A stretch of 64,000 bases of DNA from Podarcis tiliguerta (taxonomy: Eukaryota), in assembly GCA_965153285.1 (NCBI GenBank), contig OZ229113.1; one strand, given 5' to 3'. Positions 44,002 through 58,432 of this stretch are shown piece by piece; position 1 is the stretch's first letter, and each line of letters starts with the position of its first letter. The position numbers were made by a program, and so were the translations under genes. The notes beneath the pieces were generated by a model. The model saw only the letters and a list, made by a program, of their open reading frames with translations, did no database searches and was not told where the DNA came from.

Positions 44002-44730
44002 TTTATTTATATCCCGCCCTCCCCAGCCGAAGCCGGGCTCAGGGCGGCTAACAACAATAAAACAGTACAAACAACACTTTAAAATCATTCATTATAAAAT
44101 TAATTAATTAATTAAGTCAACAGTGAAATGCAGCAACCAAAAAGTTAATGCTATTCTTGGCTGCATCAACAGAAATATAGTGTCCAGATCAGGGCAAGTA
44201 ATAGTACTGCTCTATTCTGCCTTGGTCAAACCTCACCTGGAGTGTTGTGTCCAGTTCTGTGGACCACAATTTAAGAAGGATATTGACAAGCAGGAATGTG
44301 TGTAGGGGAGGGTGACCAAGATGATCAAGGGTCTGGAAACCAAGCCTTGTGAGGAATGATTGAGGGATTGGATATGTTTAGCATGGTAAAGAGGAGACAA
44401 AGAAGGGATATGATAACCATCTTTCCGTATCTAAAGGGCTGACACATGGAAGATGGAGCAAACTTGTTTTTTTCTGCTCTGGAGGCTAGGCACTCAACCA
44501 ATGCATTCAAGTTACAAGATAGGAGGTTACAACCAAACACCAGGAAGAACTTTTTATCAGTAAGAGCTGTTTGACAGTAGAACAGAATCCCTTGAGAGGT
44601 GGTGGACTCTCTTTCCTTGGATGTTTTTAAGCAGAGGTTGGGTGGCCATCTGTCATGTATGATTGAGTTTCCTGCATTGCAGGGGGTTGGACTAGATCCA
44701 TGAGGTCCCTTCCAACTCTACAATTCTATG
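43597..44730 (+). mobile_element. 5'-truncated, decayed CR1 LINE (RT C-terminal half and 3'UTR)
   Basis: Peptides WIKVTSRVLQSSVLG...IKFADGIKLGG (degenerate PQGSVLGP / FADD motifs) and ILGCINRNIVSRS...LYSALVKPHLECCVQF; terminal CCCTTCCAACTCTACAATTCTATGA; frameshifts and stops. Confidence 0.93.
43956..44113 (-). mobile_element. Young L2-type 3' end with (TTA)n tail, inserted into the CR1
   Basis: Minus strand reads GTTAGCCGCCCTGAGCCCGGCTTCGGCTGGGGAGGGCGGGATATAAATAAAT(TTA)n with CpGs intact; it splits otherwise continuous CR1 sequence. Confidence 0.7.
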
Positions 44731-47700
44731 ACAGAAATACACATAATTTAATAGACTTTATACACACTTTGGTTACTAATGCATTAGGAAGAAGGATTGG
44801 GACTGCATATTCCTGCTAAATACATTTGCTTCTACAAAATACAAATAGACTCAGTTCACTGCACAAACATCTTATGGTATTTTGTGGGGTTATTCATTCA
44901 GTCGCAGCTAAATGGGGAAATCTAAAATATAGCAGCAGGCAATATGAATGTTGTGTGTGGATGTTCAGGAATTATATCAGCAAGCACATGATGCTCTGCA
45001 GTTTATTGCAAAGAAAGACATCAGTCCCCCACATACACCCACCCAAAAGCCAAATGTCATAGTGAGCCCACATCACACCAGCATTTTCCAATAGTTGAAA
45101 CAGAAACATGAGGCCTAATTTAAGTTCATTAGACTGAATCAAAATAAAAGTCCGTGTCAATTATCTAATGAGCATATTCCACCCACACCCAGTCACATTA
45201 AAAATGCATATAGATTCTCTGGATTATAATGATTATTGTTTGCAACACATGTTAACCAAAGAAAATATAGCAGAAGGCAAGAAAAGACCCTTAATGAACA
45301 GACCCAGCAGAAACAGATCTGGAAAAACAGGTTTATATAACCAGTTTCTGAAAGTGTAACTCAATTTGTAAGAGGAATACCTGCAAAAGTTTGTGGTGGT
45401 GCAAAGTTGGTCTATATATCATGTAACATATATACAGATACTAAAATTATGTTATGTACGTCTTATTTCAAATCTAAAATAGTTAGACATGCTTTTGAAG
45501 TTGGTAAATGAAAAGCCATATATGAGTTTGCTGGAAGGCTTATTGAAGGCAGGTCAGGTAAAGTAGCATATTTGCATTTTCTCATTGATTCTGTGTCTCC
45601 ATGATGAAGCTCGAATGATGCTACCAAAACTCAAAATAAGTTTCCGGTAATAGCTTCCATCCAGCAAGTTTTTAATTCTGGAATGTATTATGAGCCCTGA
45701 CATTGATCTAATAAACTTTTAAGATTTTGTAACTGATTCAAGAATTAGTTTGCATTTCCTGCACCTGTGTGGTCTGCGTGGTCAGTATGACTAAGAATCC
45801 AAACTCAACCATCTCTGAGCATCCTCAGCTGTTTGTTGCTAGAATCCTTTAGTTTCTGAAGGAAATTAAAACACCCTGCTTGCAATGCACATGTGCATGG
45901 AATGATTTTGCCTTCACCCAGCATTAGTCAGACTGGTGTCCTCCAGATGTGTCAGACTACAATTTCAATCAGCCCCAGCCAACATGGCTGCTAAATGGAC
46001 CCATTAGCACCCAGTTTATCCCAGTTCTACATGTGGATGGGACATTCCTGTGAGGTGAAATTCTTTTTTAAAAAAAAATTGCATGGAAACACAACAGTTA
46101 ATAAAAGACAAAGAAAAGAAAGAAAAGGACTTATGAAGTTATATGAGCGATACCTCCATTTCTCTAAAATAGCTTTCTTTAAAAAATAAAATAAAAAGAG
46201 GCAATTCAATTGCCCACAGTCTGGAGTAGCACTTTAGTCTGCTTCCATAGCCACTGCCTGTGGCTCCTACTTCAGGTCATTTTATGATGCTAAACAATGC
46301 CCATGTGATAACTGCCAAAAAACAGGGAAGGAAGCATTGCGACACAGGAAGTCATACTGCATGGGGGGAAACAGAACACCATACTATGTGCGCCACATTC
46401 CCAAGATGCACTTTGGTGCTTGTGATACCAAATGGCATCCTTTACCTTTGCTGTCATCTAAAAGCCCTAGTTATGTTTCACTACTTGCCCTTGGAATGTC
46501 GCTGGAAGAAATGTACACAGGAAAGAAAGCAACTTCTTGAACTTATTGCTCCACAATTCTCTGTTTGATTGCTCAACTTTGGGTTGCCATTTTGTTATGG
46601 ATTCCAGCTATCAGAACATGTCAAACGATAAAAAATTGAATTTTGACTGGGACATTTGAATTCTGCGCTGAATATTTGTAGAGCAACTTTGACTGTGCTT
46701 ATGGGAGAGAGTTCTCGTTGCAAAGTCAGAGAATTGGAAGGAAATGTGGAGAGTGCAAGGGGTGGAAACTCATTTCAGAGCCCTTCCTCTGCCCCCCAAA
46801 GGACTGCGCATCATGGCCCTTTCCTTCCACTTGTGCAATGATAATGATATGGGGGGGGGGGATGCTTCTACAGGGCTATAGTGAAGTCCCATTTCCATAA
46901 ATGCAATACCTAGCGAGATCTACACTCTGCCTTTCTACCATCAATTATCTCTGCAGTGACTTATTACCCTTATCGTACTTATCCTAACAACAAGCCCAGT
47001 GATAAGGATGATGGATGCGGAGGGCTGCGTAAAAAACACTAAGTTTCATTCTTTGCTTCCTCTCTCAGATTGCTCATCGGACTCAGATAAATGCCTTACC
47101 AAATATGTGACACATGGTCAGAGAGGCTTAATATGAAAACAAAGTAACATCACAAGCAGTTCCCGTTTCATTTCAGGATCGTATGTCAGACAGTTTTCCC
47201 TTTTTCCATGAGCTGTTGCGTTTTGGTAGGAAATGAACTGTTTGTGACCTGCTGTTCCAGCACACTGATATGAGGAAACCTTGCTGTCAACAGACAGACT
47301 CTTTTAGAGATTGTGGGGGTGGAGGGGTGGGGAAATGGCAGTTATTCTGCTTCACCCAAATAAATATTTTGTAATTCTGAAGCACACAGAAACTGCATCC
47401 AGAACTTCAGACCCTTCACAGAAATGTACTGTGCTTTGAAGTACTTTTTATTATTAAAACAACCAACTTCTACTTTAAGAACGTGGTATGCTTTGAATGT
47501 TTGAAAAGCAATTGTCACATTGCAATGAATGTGAGAAGAAAAAGCACAGACCACCAGAGCCCAATTCTTTATGTGGACATTTAATCTCTTTTCCTCCAAC
47601 ATCAAAGCTGGGGGTGTCTGACATCCAATTGGATTTCCCCATGTGACATTTCAAGTTTGTTTTCTCTTTCTCCCCCCTGCCTTTCATTTAACCTAATTAA

Positions 47701-47943
47701 TGCTGGATTATTAAGGAATATGCTTCCCTCCTTATGAAGTGAAGCTACCCTTTCAGCTGTATATTTTTTTACTGGTTTTAGGCAGATGGGCTTTTCCTCC
47801 CTTTTGCGGCTCTGCTTAACAAGTGGAGCAAACCTCACCTCTTAACTTGGGAAACCGAAGGATTTAAAACAATACCCCACCCGCCCCCAAGCAGATTTCT
47901 AAGACCTGCTGGAAGAAATAGCAAGCTCCCAAATTGTCACAGC

Positions 47944-48303
47944 GGGACGCGGGTGGGGCTGTGGTCTAAACCACTGAACCTCTTGGACTTGCCGATCAGA
48001 AGGTCGGCTGTTCGAATCCCCATGATGGGGTGAGCTCCTGTTGCTCGGTCCCTGCTCCTGCCAACCTAGCAGTCTGAAAGCACATCAAAGTGCAAGTAGA
48101 TAAATAGGTACCACTCCAGGGGGAAGGTAAACGGCGTTTCCGTGCGCTGCTCTGGTTTGCCAGAAGCAGCTTAGTCATGCTGGCCACATGACCCAGAAAA
48201 ACTGTGATCAAACACTGGCTCCCTCGGCCTGTAAAGCAAGATGAGCGCCACAACCCCAGAGTCATTCACGACTGGACTTAACTGTCAGGGGTCCTTTACC
48301 TTT
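47944..48303 (+). mobile_element. Sauria SINE
   Basis: Same family; TSD AAATTGTCACAG (47931-47942 / 48304-48315). Confidence 0.93.
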
Positions 48304-48464
48304 AAATTGTCACAGGTTTCTTATCTCTCCTATATAGATAAACTCAGAGGTTGGCTTCCACATGTAGCACAAAAGGCCATTTTGTTCATATATAGGTGTA
48401 CACCTAGGATGACTTAAGTGTGCATGTACCATGCGAATGAGGGAGACACATTTTTTTACCACAC

Positions 48465-48960
48465 AGGAACATGCAACAGGGCCTTTTCTGTAGCAGCCCC
48501 CTTTATGGAATGCTTTCCCCAGGGAAGCCTGCCTGGCACCAACTTTGCCAATGTTTTCGCACCATGCAAAACAGTTTTTGTTTTACTGGGCATTCAGGCA
48601 ACACCAGTGATGTGATATGACCACTGGTGGAGGAACAGGGGTGGGGGGGAAGCACACCACCCCTGGCGGCACAATCCCGGTGGGGTGCCATTGCAGCTGC
48701 CCCCCCGTGCTGGGTGCCACGCTCCTGCAGGCGTCATGCCATGCCCCTAGGATGCACACCACGCCCCCGGGGCATGGGCCAGCCACGCCCACGCCTGCTC
48801 TCCTCCCCCCCAAGCTTGAAGCTCCGCCACTGGATATGATATTGTACTGTTAAATCTGTTTTTCATGTGGTTTTATTATTGTATATATGCCTTTTCTTTG
48901 GTTGTAAATCACTTTGGGACTTGTTCCAGCAGGAAGTAGTGTACTGGTTTTGTAAACCTA
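48465..48960 (+). mobile_element. Decayed L2 LINE 3' fragment interrupted by a MITE
   Basis: RAFSVAAP-like ORF2 C-terminal motif (AGGGCCTTTTCTGTAGCAGCCCC...TGGAAT) followed by a T-rich 3'UTR. Confidence 0.55.
48622..48832. mobile_element. GC-rich hAT-type MITE
   Basis: Imperfect TIRs CACTGGTGGAG / CTCCGCCACTG; 8-bp TSD GATATGAC / GATATGAT. Confidence 0.7.
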
Positions 48961-48999
48961 AATCTGGGGCGCTAGGATTGTCTCCCTACAGAGTGTATA

Positions 49000-49348
49000 A
49001 AGGTACCCCTGCTCGTACGGGCCAGTCTTGACAGACTCTAGGGTTGTGCGCCCATCTCACTCAAAGAGGCCGAGGGCCAGCACTGTCCGAAGACACTTCC
49101 GGGTCACGTGGCCAGCGTGACATCGCTGCTCTGGCGAGCCAGAGCCGCACACGGAAACGCCGTTTACCTTCCCGCTAGTAAGCGGTCCCTATTTATATAC
49201 TTGCACCTGGGAGTGCTTTCAAACTGCTAGGTTGGCAGGCGCTGGGACCGAACAACGGGAGCGCACCCTGCCGCGGGGATTCGAACCGCCGACCTCTTGA
49301 TCAGCAAGCCCTAGGCGCTGAGGCTTTAACCCACAGCGCCACCCGCGT
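49000..49348 (-). mobile_element. Sauria SINE, distinct CpG-rich subfamily
   Basis: Reverse-strand head and body with a different 3' segment (CCGTACGAGCAGGGGTACCTT); TSD GAGTGTATA (48991-48999 / 49349-49357). Confidence 0.9.
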
Positions 49349-49997
49349 GAGTGTATATCTTGTTGCAAATCTGGGTTGGATGGATGAAGGCATTAGAGGG
49401 TCCCTTGTGCTTTGTCTGCCATGAATGTAAGGCTAATAAAGATAAGCACACAGTCCTTGTAATTCAGGTTTTACATTTACTTTAGGAACTGAATTAATCC
49501 AAGCCTGCTTAAGCCTAATAAATGAAAACAATCTAATATATGGTGCTTGAGTGGGATGGGGCAGAGATTCCATTTCTGTATATGAGTTCACTTGATCAAG
49601 TAATCTCAATATAATATGTAATTTCATAATAATATGATACAGTAAAATAAAATATCCACATTGCAAGAGGTAAGTTACTCCCATTTCACAGATGAAACCA
49701 ATTGAGGAAGAACAAGATATATAAATATTTATCACAATAAATAGGCAGACAATGCTCCACACAGACACTTATTGTATCACTAATCCAATATCTGAAGCTG
49801 GGGCATCATATGCAAGGGCAGTTAGGTATTTGATTCCCCTCATATATAAGCTATGCTGTTCCCTTCCAGGTTAAAGGATACTCAGACGGTGCAATTGGGA
49901 TATGTATAGGGAGCAGCCTTTGATGTTCAAGAGCCTTGTTACTACAGATCTCCATGTATGCATCAGAGCATCACTCTGCTTTGGGTTGCGAACTCAT

Positions 49998-50600
49998 ATT
50001 TTTATTTAACTACATGAATATCCTGCTTGACTGTAGTAACACCTCTAAGCAGTTTACAATAAATATTAAAATTATCAATAAAAACAGTTAAAAACAATTA
50101 AAATATTTAAAGATAATTAAAATTAACAGCAATTTATTTTTTTGAAGCACACCAATATGTACATGTCTCATTAGGCTTGCCTAAACAAAAAAATGCTTTT
50201 AAGTGAAAAGAGTACAGCAAAGATGTCTGCCTAGTAGAAGAGGAAGAAGAGTTTGGATTTGATATCCCGCTTTATCACCACCCGAAGGAGTCTCAAAGTG
50301 GCTAACATTCTCCTTTCCCTTCCTCCCCCACAATAAACACTCTGTGAGGTGAGTGGGGCTGAGAGACTTCAGAGAAGTGTGACTGGCCCAAGGTCACCCA
50401 GCAGCTGCATGTGGAGGAGAGGAGACGAGAACCTGGTTCCCCAGATTACAAGTCTACCGCCCTTAACCACTACACCACACTGGCTCTCCTAGTGTCAATA
50501 GACAGGGAGTTCTAAAGTGTAGGTGCTGCCAAACTAGAGGACGGATCTCCCCCAAAGTGGCACCTGTAACATTGCCGGTTCTGCAGACTGAAGCCACTGA
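49998..50600 (-). mobile_element. Decayed L2 LINE 3' end hosting a SINE
   Basis: Minus strand has GCAGCACCTACACTTTAGAACTCCCTG (AAPTLWNSL-like) and a T-rich 3'UTR. Boundaries approximate. Confidence 0.55.
50236..50488 (-). mobile_element. Squam3-like SINE with (CTT)n tail
   Basis: Inverted homologue of 13005-13240; short TSD CCTAGT. Confidence 0.82.
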
Positions 50601-52131
50601 GCGGGCACATCCATTTTCATCCATTGGACGTTGTCCATTGCTAGATTTTTAAATGAAGGCAGTCATGAACATAACACGATATGACTTCAGTGGAGGCCTG
50701 ATGTAAAACATTATGATGTGCTGCATATTCAGGAGTGGAAAAAACATTCTGGAAATTGATGAAGCAAAAGGTCACTGGCACACCAGCAGAATCCCTCAAG
50801 GTTCCAACGGCTTTGCTAGGTGCATTTCTAAGTGCTGATGGAAATGCATTAATGACCATGTAAAGATGTGGTCAGATGCTGACCACCAGATCCAAAGCCC
50901 AGCTGCAAAATTATTGACAGCTATATTGCTTATTCCTGTTGCGGTTAGGAAATGAAATGCCTTTCTCTAATCAAGTAATTGCATTAAGGAACTACTGGGA
51001 ACATTTGGTTGTTTTTCTTTAATATCTCAGAAGTCAAGAGTATTTCGTTTTTGCAAACTGTCAAGATCATTTTTGTTCACATGTATTTGGTGCTAAAGGA
51101 ACATATTTTTCTTCTTTGCCTTTCCTCTCCATTAGCAAAAAGACACACAACGTAGAAACACATTTAAGTGGGAAGTTGGGGGGTATTTTGAAAAGTCAGC
51201 AAAGTATAACTTTAAAAGAAACAAACTAAACTATTGTGCTGTGAGATTAAAAACTGTAAGGAAAGGCATGTCATCGCTAGCTTTCACATAACCAAATCGT
51301 CCATGATCCAGCCATTGCCAACGTTTATTGTTTGCCTCTGGTCACTAGGAGAAATTCAGGTCTTAACATCTCCCTTTTAATGAATGACCCAAAACCTTTC
51401 ATTTCACAGAACATGAAACAAAAATGCTGATGCAGAAAATCAATGGTGGTCTGACACTTGGGAAGAGTCACTTTCTAGTTTAAGGTGCCATGGTATTCGT
51501 GAGGCTGAGCTTTGGTTTCACTTTCCCACTAGGCAACTAAGGCCCATATAACACGGCATGGCAGTCACTTTGCTCCGTTGAGCAGCAATCGAAAATATCA
51601 TGCACATTGCAACCAGACCCACGACACACTTTTTGCATTACTTTCAGGCTTGTTACAAACACTGTGTTGGATGCAGGATGAATTTTAGTTACGAGAGAAA
51701 TTCACTGCACACAGCCCAAACTAAAGATGGCTGCAGAAGATGGCAGCAGAATGTAGAAGGTGAGAGTGAAGTGGTTGGTGAAACGGTCTAATAACACATG
51801 TTCAGAGATTTGCCATGACCACCACAAACCAGAGGCAGACCAATGGTCCATTGAGCTCATTGTCTACACTAGCTGACAGCTGGGTTTCAGACAGGAGTCT
51901 TCCTCAGCATTGCACAGCCTGAGAAAGGTTTCCTTCCATCTCTAACTCAATTTACTCATTTTTATTTTGTATTTATTTTGCATTTGGAACCGGTTTACGT
52001 CGCTTCATACCCATTCCAAAATACCACAAAAGACAGCCACACACTCTGCAACTATCCCATTTGAGGGATTCTGGAATTAAATCCATAGTTGTGTATTTGT
52101 AGCAATTGCAGCACAACTCTAAGGATATTTA

Positions 52132-52481
52132 AAAGGTAAAGGAACTCCTGACTGTTAAGTCCAGTCACGGACGACTCTGGGGCGCTCATCTCGCTTTACT
52201 GGCTGAGGGAGGCAGCATTTTGTCCACAGACAGCTTTCTGGGTCATGTGGCTAGCATGACTAAACCGCTTCTGGCAAACCAGAGCAGTGCACAGAAACGC
52301 TGTTTAGCTTCCTGCCAGAGTGGTGCCTATTTATCTACTTGCACTTTGACATGCTTTCGGACTGCTAGGTTTGCAGGAGCAGGGACTGAACAACAGGAGC
52401 TTACCCCGTCACAGGGATTCGAACCTTCTGATTGGCAAGCCCTAGGCTCTGTGGTTTAGACCCCAGCGCCACCCGCGTCCC
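52132..52481 (-). mobile_element. Sauria SINE
   Basis: Reverse-strand copy; TSD CTCTAAGGATATTTA (52117-52131 / 52481-52495). Confidence 0.92.
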
Positions 52482-55400
52482 TCTAAGGATATTTACCACC
52501 AAGTCTAACATTCTGACAGGTACCAGGTTTGTTGCGCCTGTTTTTTAAACTAACCCATCGCTACTCCTGCAAATAGAAGTCAGGAAGCCTTTCACTTTCC
52601 AGGTCACATCTGCTCATTTCAGGCTTGCGTTGTGTCTTTCTCCCTCTGAGGTTGCACTTGTCCTGTCTGGTTTATGCTCTTTCTTTAGTTCTTAGGGATG
52701 CATGCAGAAAGTACAATGAGAAATGTTTCTCATGAATATCCTGGCAGCAGAGTTCAGAAATCACCCACGACTCTTCCTTGGGATGACTAAGGGATCAGCT
52801 CAGCCATCTTAAATGAAATAACATTCAAGAGAAGAGCGCACCTGGGCATGTACAGAGGGCACATCCCTCACCACAAGTGAGTATAGACAACTTCGGGGAT
52901 TTACCTTGCATGGCTTCTAGGCAAGCTTGAAACTGTAACCAGTGGGGGTGATAAAGAATTGTTTAGAGGGCAGCCTCTCTGGTCATGTTTCACATTGTTT
53001 ATGTTGATAAAAATATACTTTAATCGTTGATTCTTCTGGCCCCTAAGGCTCCTGGGGGTGAAATGCACAGCAGAAAAATGCAAGGGTGCAATTAGTTGAA
53101 CATCAGCCATTAGTAAGGTAATTATAATGCAATAAAATAGATTGCTCTTACAGTTCAGGAATCCTGCTGAGCTTTCTGAGTGTTGAGCATGCCATAGCAG
53201 GCACCCTAATGATCAATTAAATCCCTATCATTTAGTTACTTCTTCCCAACGATCAGCTGCTTTGGTGACCTTTTCTGTGCTATATAGAAGCTTTTCTAAT
53301 GCAATCACGGCAGAGCTGATGTGTCTCTTCTAGCGGCCACCCAGCATGATATACACCAGTACGACAGCCAAGATTTTAAAGAGCCTTTTTAGACTAAATA
53401 AATGAGAGATGGAGTGCATGGAATCGTCAATCACTTTGGAGACTCACTTCCTTTTTCAAAGCTAGTTCATTCTTCCTTTGAAGATTAGAGTATTATATTT
53501 TGGCTAAAATTTGGAAGCACGCATGGGGAAGAAAAGGAGCCAATAACGTGGGCCATTTGTGAATTATCTCATTTAAGTCATGACCATGAAAATGTTCCCG
53601 CAGTCTAGCAGTTGTTTTTGCTAGCACAGAAAAACAACTGGGCTGTTACTAAAAGTGACTCGCCCACTAGAATGGAGACGCAGGGTCTGTTTCTTCAGGA
53701 TCTGATTCTTGCCGAAAAGGAAGTTCAGTTTTCATTTATCTCATGTGCCCTTTGAAGTACAATCCCCTGTCTTTGTTTAATGGTCTACAGTAGAGATTGT
53801 AAATTGAAAATATTCCTGGTATCCAAGACAAGCCTACAATAAGCATTCACTTCCAAAATGCCCTTAGTACATTAGTGGGTTTAATTTTTGACACCTGACT
53901 ACATACCTCACAATCATCATCAAACATTTCTATTGCACTTTACGTATGTAATTCAAATTACATTACTAATTTCATTCGTCTACACATCCAAGGCAGGCCA
54001 CTGTGGATTTTATAAACAAGGAACTGAAGCTAGATGAGAGTGACTGGGGCGGTTTTCACTGTGCTGTTCTGCAACAGAACTGCACAAGCATAGGAGTTTT
54101 GATTCGTCATCTTTAGAAACAAATCATTCATGTTTTCTTTTTAAATAGAAATTTTTCGGTCCTTATAGGAACAAAGAAATCTCACTGGTAATGCCTTGTG
54201 AAGCTATATAATTTATTTTTTACATTTATATTCTGCCTCCTCTCTAAGAAGCTCAAAAGACAGCATACTCCATTCACTTTGAAAACACTCCTGTTAGCTA
54301 CGTAAGACTGAGAGGTGGTGGCTGGTCCCAAATCAACCAGTGAACTTCTCAGTTGAGCGAATATTTGGATCCAGATCTCACCAACCCTACTCCAACACTA
54401 TAACCTCTACAACACACTAGTTCCCAGTGAGGGCTGCATTTCTGTGCCATACATGGTTCCCGGTCCCTCTCGTGTTGAACGTAAGACTGAATGAATTATG
54501 CAAATGAATGCACATTTCCATAATTGGCACAGGTCACAGAAGATAGCTATTTTTGGTGTAGAATTTGAGTGACCTGTGTTCAGATTTGTGTGTGCGTGTG
54601 CGCGCACCTTGAGGGCAATCTGTCTGAGACCAGTTCATGGCTCAAGTGGTATCGAAATCCAAGTTTCTCCAGGTCTAAGGATGCCTGTTTGGCTCAATCC
54701 ACTCGGCTCACAAACACAGAGACTAACAGTGCAACATTAGCATCAAACAGTGGAGTCACGGAAAGGGTTCTTATTTTAAAAAATAATCTCGGCAGGAATT
54801 CTAGAAGTAGACAATACTTAGAAGGCAGGGTCCACCTTTGAACTTTTCACTATGAACTTACTGTTGCTCATCAAGATCATCCAAGCAGGAAAAAAAGAAA
54901 AGAAAAGATGAAACAAGGACATATAGGAAAAGGAAATGAAAAGAGCTTTATTAGTCAGTTTCTTCTCCTGCCTGACCCAATTATCAGATTTTGCATTTAA
55001 ATTTAAGACAGTAGATCAAACAGCTAGAGCCACTTTGTACTTTTGCCAGGAGACCATATGATATCTCTCAGTGACTCTCCTGCATGCCAGGATTCAGAAT
55101 AAGAAGCCAGGCTTCCAACTTAGTTTCTTTTACGTTACATATGGTGCAATGTGCAAAGTGAACAGAGGGAGAGGGAGAGGGAGAGAGTGGGAGGGAGGGA
55201 GACTGAAAAGTCATCAATGGTTGCTCTCATGGAAGATGTCCAGGAATTATGGTCCAATTATCAATTAAGATGAATCAAGAAAAGGAAAAAGGAAATATTC
55301 ATTATAAATTTCCACATAAGCTATAATGAAAGGCAGCCCAATGACTGGGTTCATAATAACTTAGGGCGGAGGGGAAGGACACAAATTGGCCAAAAAACTA

Positions 55401-58400
55401 TTTTTGATCGGCATATTTGGAGCAGAAAATATTCTGGGTGTGTTGATTCCTCCCCCCAATTGCACAGTCTTTGCTAAGATTGGACTAATAAAAATATTTG
55501 ACTAATGTTTGGGAAACATTAGTATTTAGTGGTTGAGCTCTGAAGTGCTTTTAGTATGGCATGGGATTGCATGATGAATGAAATAGGAAATGCTCTTTTA
55601 CAATCTCTTTCTAGTTACATTAATACAATCAATGCATTGGGAAAACCCCACATCCGGAAGAACTGAGAAGTTCCACCCTCTGTTCAGCAAACCTGGAAGT
55701 TCATTTTAAAAAACCCCAGAACACCACCATGCATGGCTTTCACTGCTTTCTGAACAATAACAGTCCCATTATTGTATGAATAATTGTAAAAATGATTCTG
55801 AACCAGCAGTTTCCTAATATGGGCTGGCAGAATTCTGGGACTAAAGGTCCCACAATGAGTGTTGAGAATATGGTGCTTGGGCTAATCCATCTTGGATTCT
55901 AGAGGTGGTACCTTTTATTCCACCAGTACAAAGTTGGGAACCAGTTTTCTAACACCTATTTCTATCTGTTCTAGACACAACCTTTAGTGAGTTCCATGGG
56001 ACATGGTGGCTCAGTTCATGGATTAGTCTATGCGACATAGTTCTGTCCTTATGAAGTTCTCAGCAGAATTATTGCTAGCTCTGAGAGGACTCATCATCAT
56101 CCCTTGAGGAGGAAAGTGGGAAGGGGTCTCTACACACAATCCTGAAACGGGAGTGGTGGTATGGTCAGAGCCAAGAGCTCTGGTCATGTTTGATGGTGTG
56201 CAGATGACCATGATCTCGCAAGGGGCATCAGAAGCACAGCCTCAAGTGATGAATGGTTTTCTCTCTCTCTACATAACACTCTTTTTCATGCACAAGACTG
56301 ATTCCACATGAAGATAGACTTGAATCAGGATACCCAACCTAACCTTTTTTGCCTCTTTGCTGAAATTCAACATTTGCATTAAAAATATACCTACATTTAG
56401 AGCATAATTCTGTGTAGAGGTTCAATGGGGTTCACTTCTGGATAAGCAGGTATAGGATCACAGTCTCAGTATATTAACCCACTTCAATCTGGTGCTACTA
56501 TTGCTAGCAGGGCATTTGTTTATGGTTATCCTTACTTCACCTGATCCCAAATTGCTCTACTGCTTTCTCTCCCACCTGCTGTGCAGCGTCTCCACACTTT
56601 AACTTGAAGGAATGTTTTGGAGCAGTGTAACTGAAAACAATGGATGCCTTTTTGGATAATCCTTATAAAAAGAAATATCTCAGCAGAAAAAGAAAAGTGC
56701 TATTATTTATCTCCACCATGTGTGATGGATGGATGCCATGGCATTTAGAATCCAGAAGGATCCCTCCCCGAAAGCTGGAGGAGAAAAGGGTTTGCGATGT
56801 ATCTATTGGGATGGTGCTGCGCTGCCAGGATCCCACAGAGAATATTGGCTGCCACATGGAGCAGTAGTTCAAGTTACTGAATTTCAGTATAGGTTGCAAT
56901 CTTGGCCTTCAGTCCAATGCACAGCAGGATTCACTTGTCTTTCCATATCATTCTCAACAGCCTTGGCAATGCTCTGCTTTTGGTAACAAGCCTTCAGCTC
57001 TTCTAGGAGTATTCCTTAGGAGGTAGACACAGTAATCTATTCATCAGTTGCAGATATTTTGGGTAAGTAGTCTCAGGTTAAGGAAACACAATATTTTAAA
57101 ACAGGTCTTGAAATACAATTACAGAACTGGCCAATGCTCCCGAGTCATAAAAAGATAAAATGATAGCTACACTGTCTTAAGACACACGCATGACACGGTT
57201 ATTACAGATGTCAATTTACTCTGCTACGAGACACCAAGAAAATGCAAAGAGCATTTGTACATATGCTCTGGAAAGTGTAACTGCTAAATGGTAGAGATAG
57301 AGGCTCCAGTCCAAAATCACATTTTGCTACAGCCAAATGCTGTCTTCCAAGCCTACTCATAGTGTTCCAAAGGGAATAGTTTTCCCCTTGACTGGCAGAA
57401 ATCTAGGCTTCCTCGTAGGAAGGATTTCCCTTCCAGAAATTGCAATTTTTTAAAGAAGCAAAAAAAAGAGCAAAGAGAGATATCCGATGAGATTACTTCG
57501 TGCCAGAACATCTCTTTGTTCTACATTGCAGGCAATGTTTAGGCTGAAAATTAGCTACAAAAAATAAAAATGCAGAATCTGGATAATGGGCCTCTGACTT
57601 TATTTTGGCAAGGGCACAGTCTCCCAGTCCTTTCATCTTCTCTTACCCTTGCCTTTCTTTCCCTCTCCCTTTGCTGTTGCCTCTTGTTGCCCCCCCCATT
57701 CCTTTAAATTTTTTAAAAAGAAATAAATAGTTTAGGTGGTGGTAGAGTGGAACCCAAGGTAGCTTAAGATGGAAACAAATCTTTTTTTCACTTTCTCACA
57801 CACCCCAAAACCCAGAAGCCACACTGCTCTGAGAAGGCTACTCACCAACTTGTGTCACATGTACTATCTTTCTGTAAACTCAGTGGGAACAATTCCTGGC
57901 AGCTTGAGAAATGCAGCACTGTGGTAAAGAGTGTAGACTGGCTAACCATGAGTGGCACCATGAGTTTATTCCCTCCAGAGAAGTTTTCCTGCTTAGAATT
58001 CATTTTACAAAAATAATACTTGCCCTACAAACAGTGCTTTAAATAAACACACAAATAATGCAAGCGGCCCATCTGAAACATCAGAGTGGAGGAGAGCAAA
58101 ATGGAGGAGAAAATCAGCATTTGCTGTGGAGGCAGGTATGTGTGTCATTTAAAGAACAAGGGCAGAAAGACACACAGATCCCTGCTTTAATTGTGCATCT
58201 GTATGCTGTATTCTCAGGGCATGATTAAGTTGCCTGTCATGTTGCTCCTACTAGTAGGCAGGCCAACTCATCAAACCACAGTGGGCCTTAAATGTTTCCC
58301 TTGAGGTTAAAACCAGAGGATTGAATGCTGACTCCTTAAGGCTGGGGTGCTGTGGGCACATTTACAAACTGGAAAAGCTTTTGTAGGCACCATAGACACA

Positions 58401-58432
58401 TCACAACCAAATACCCACCACAAAGCCACTTC

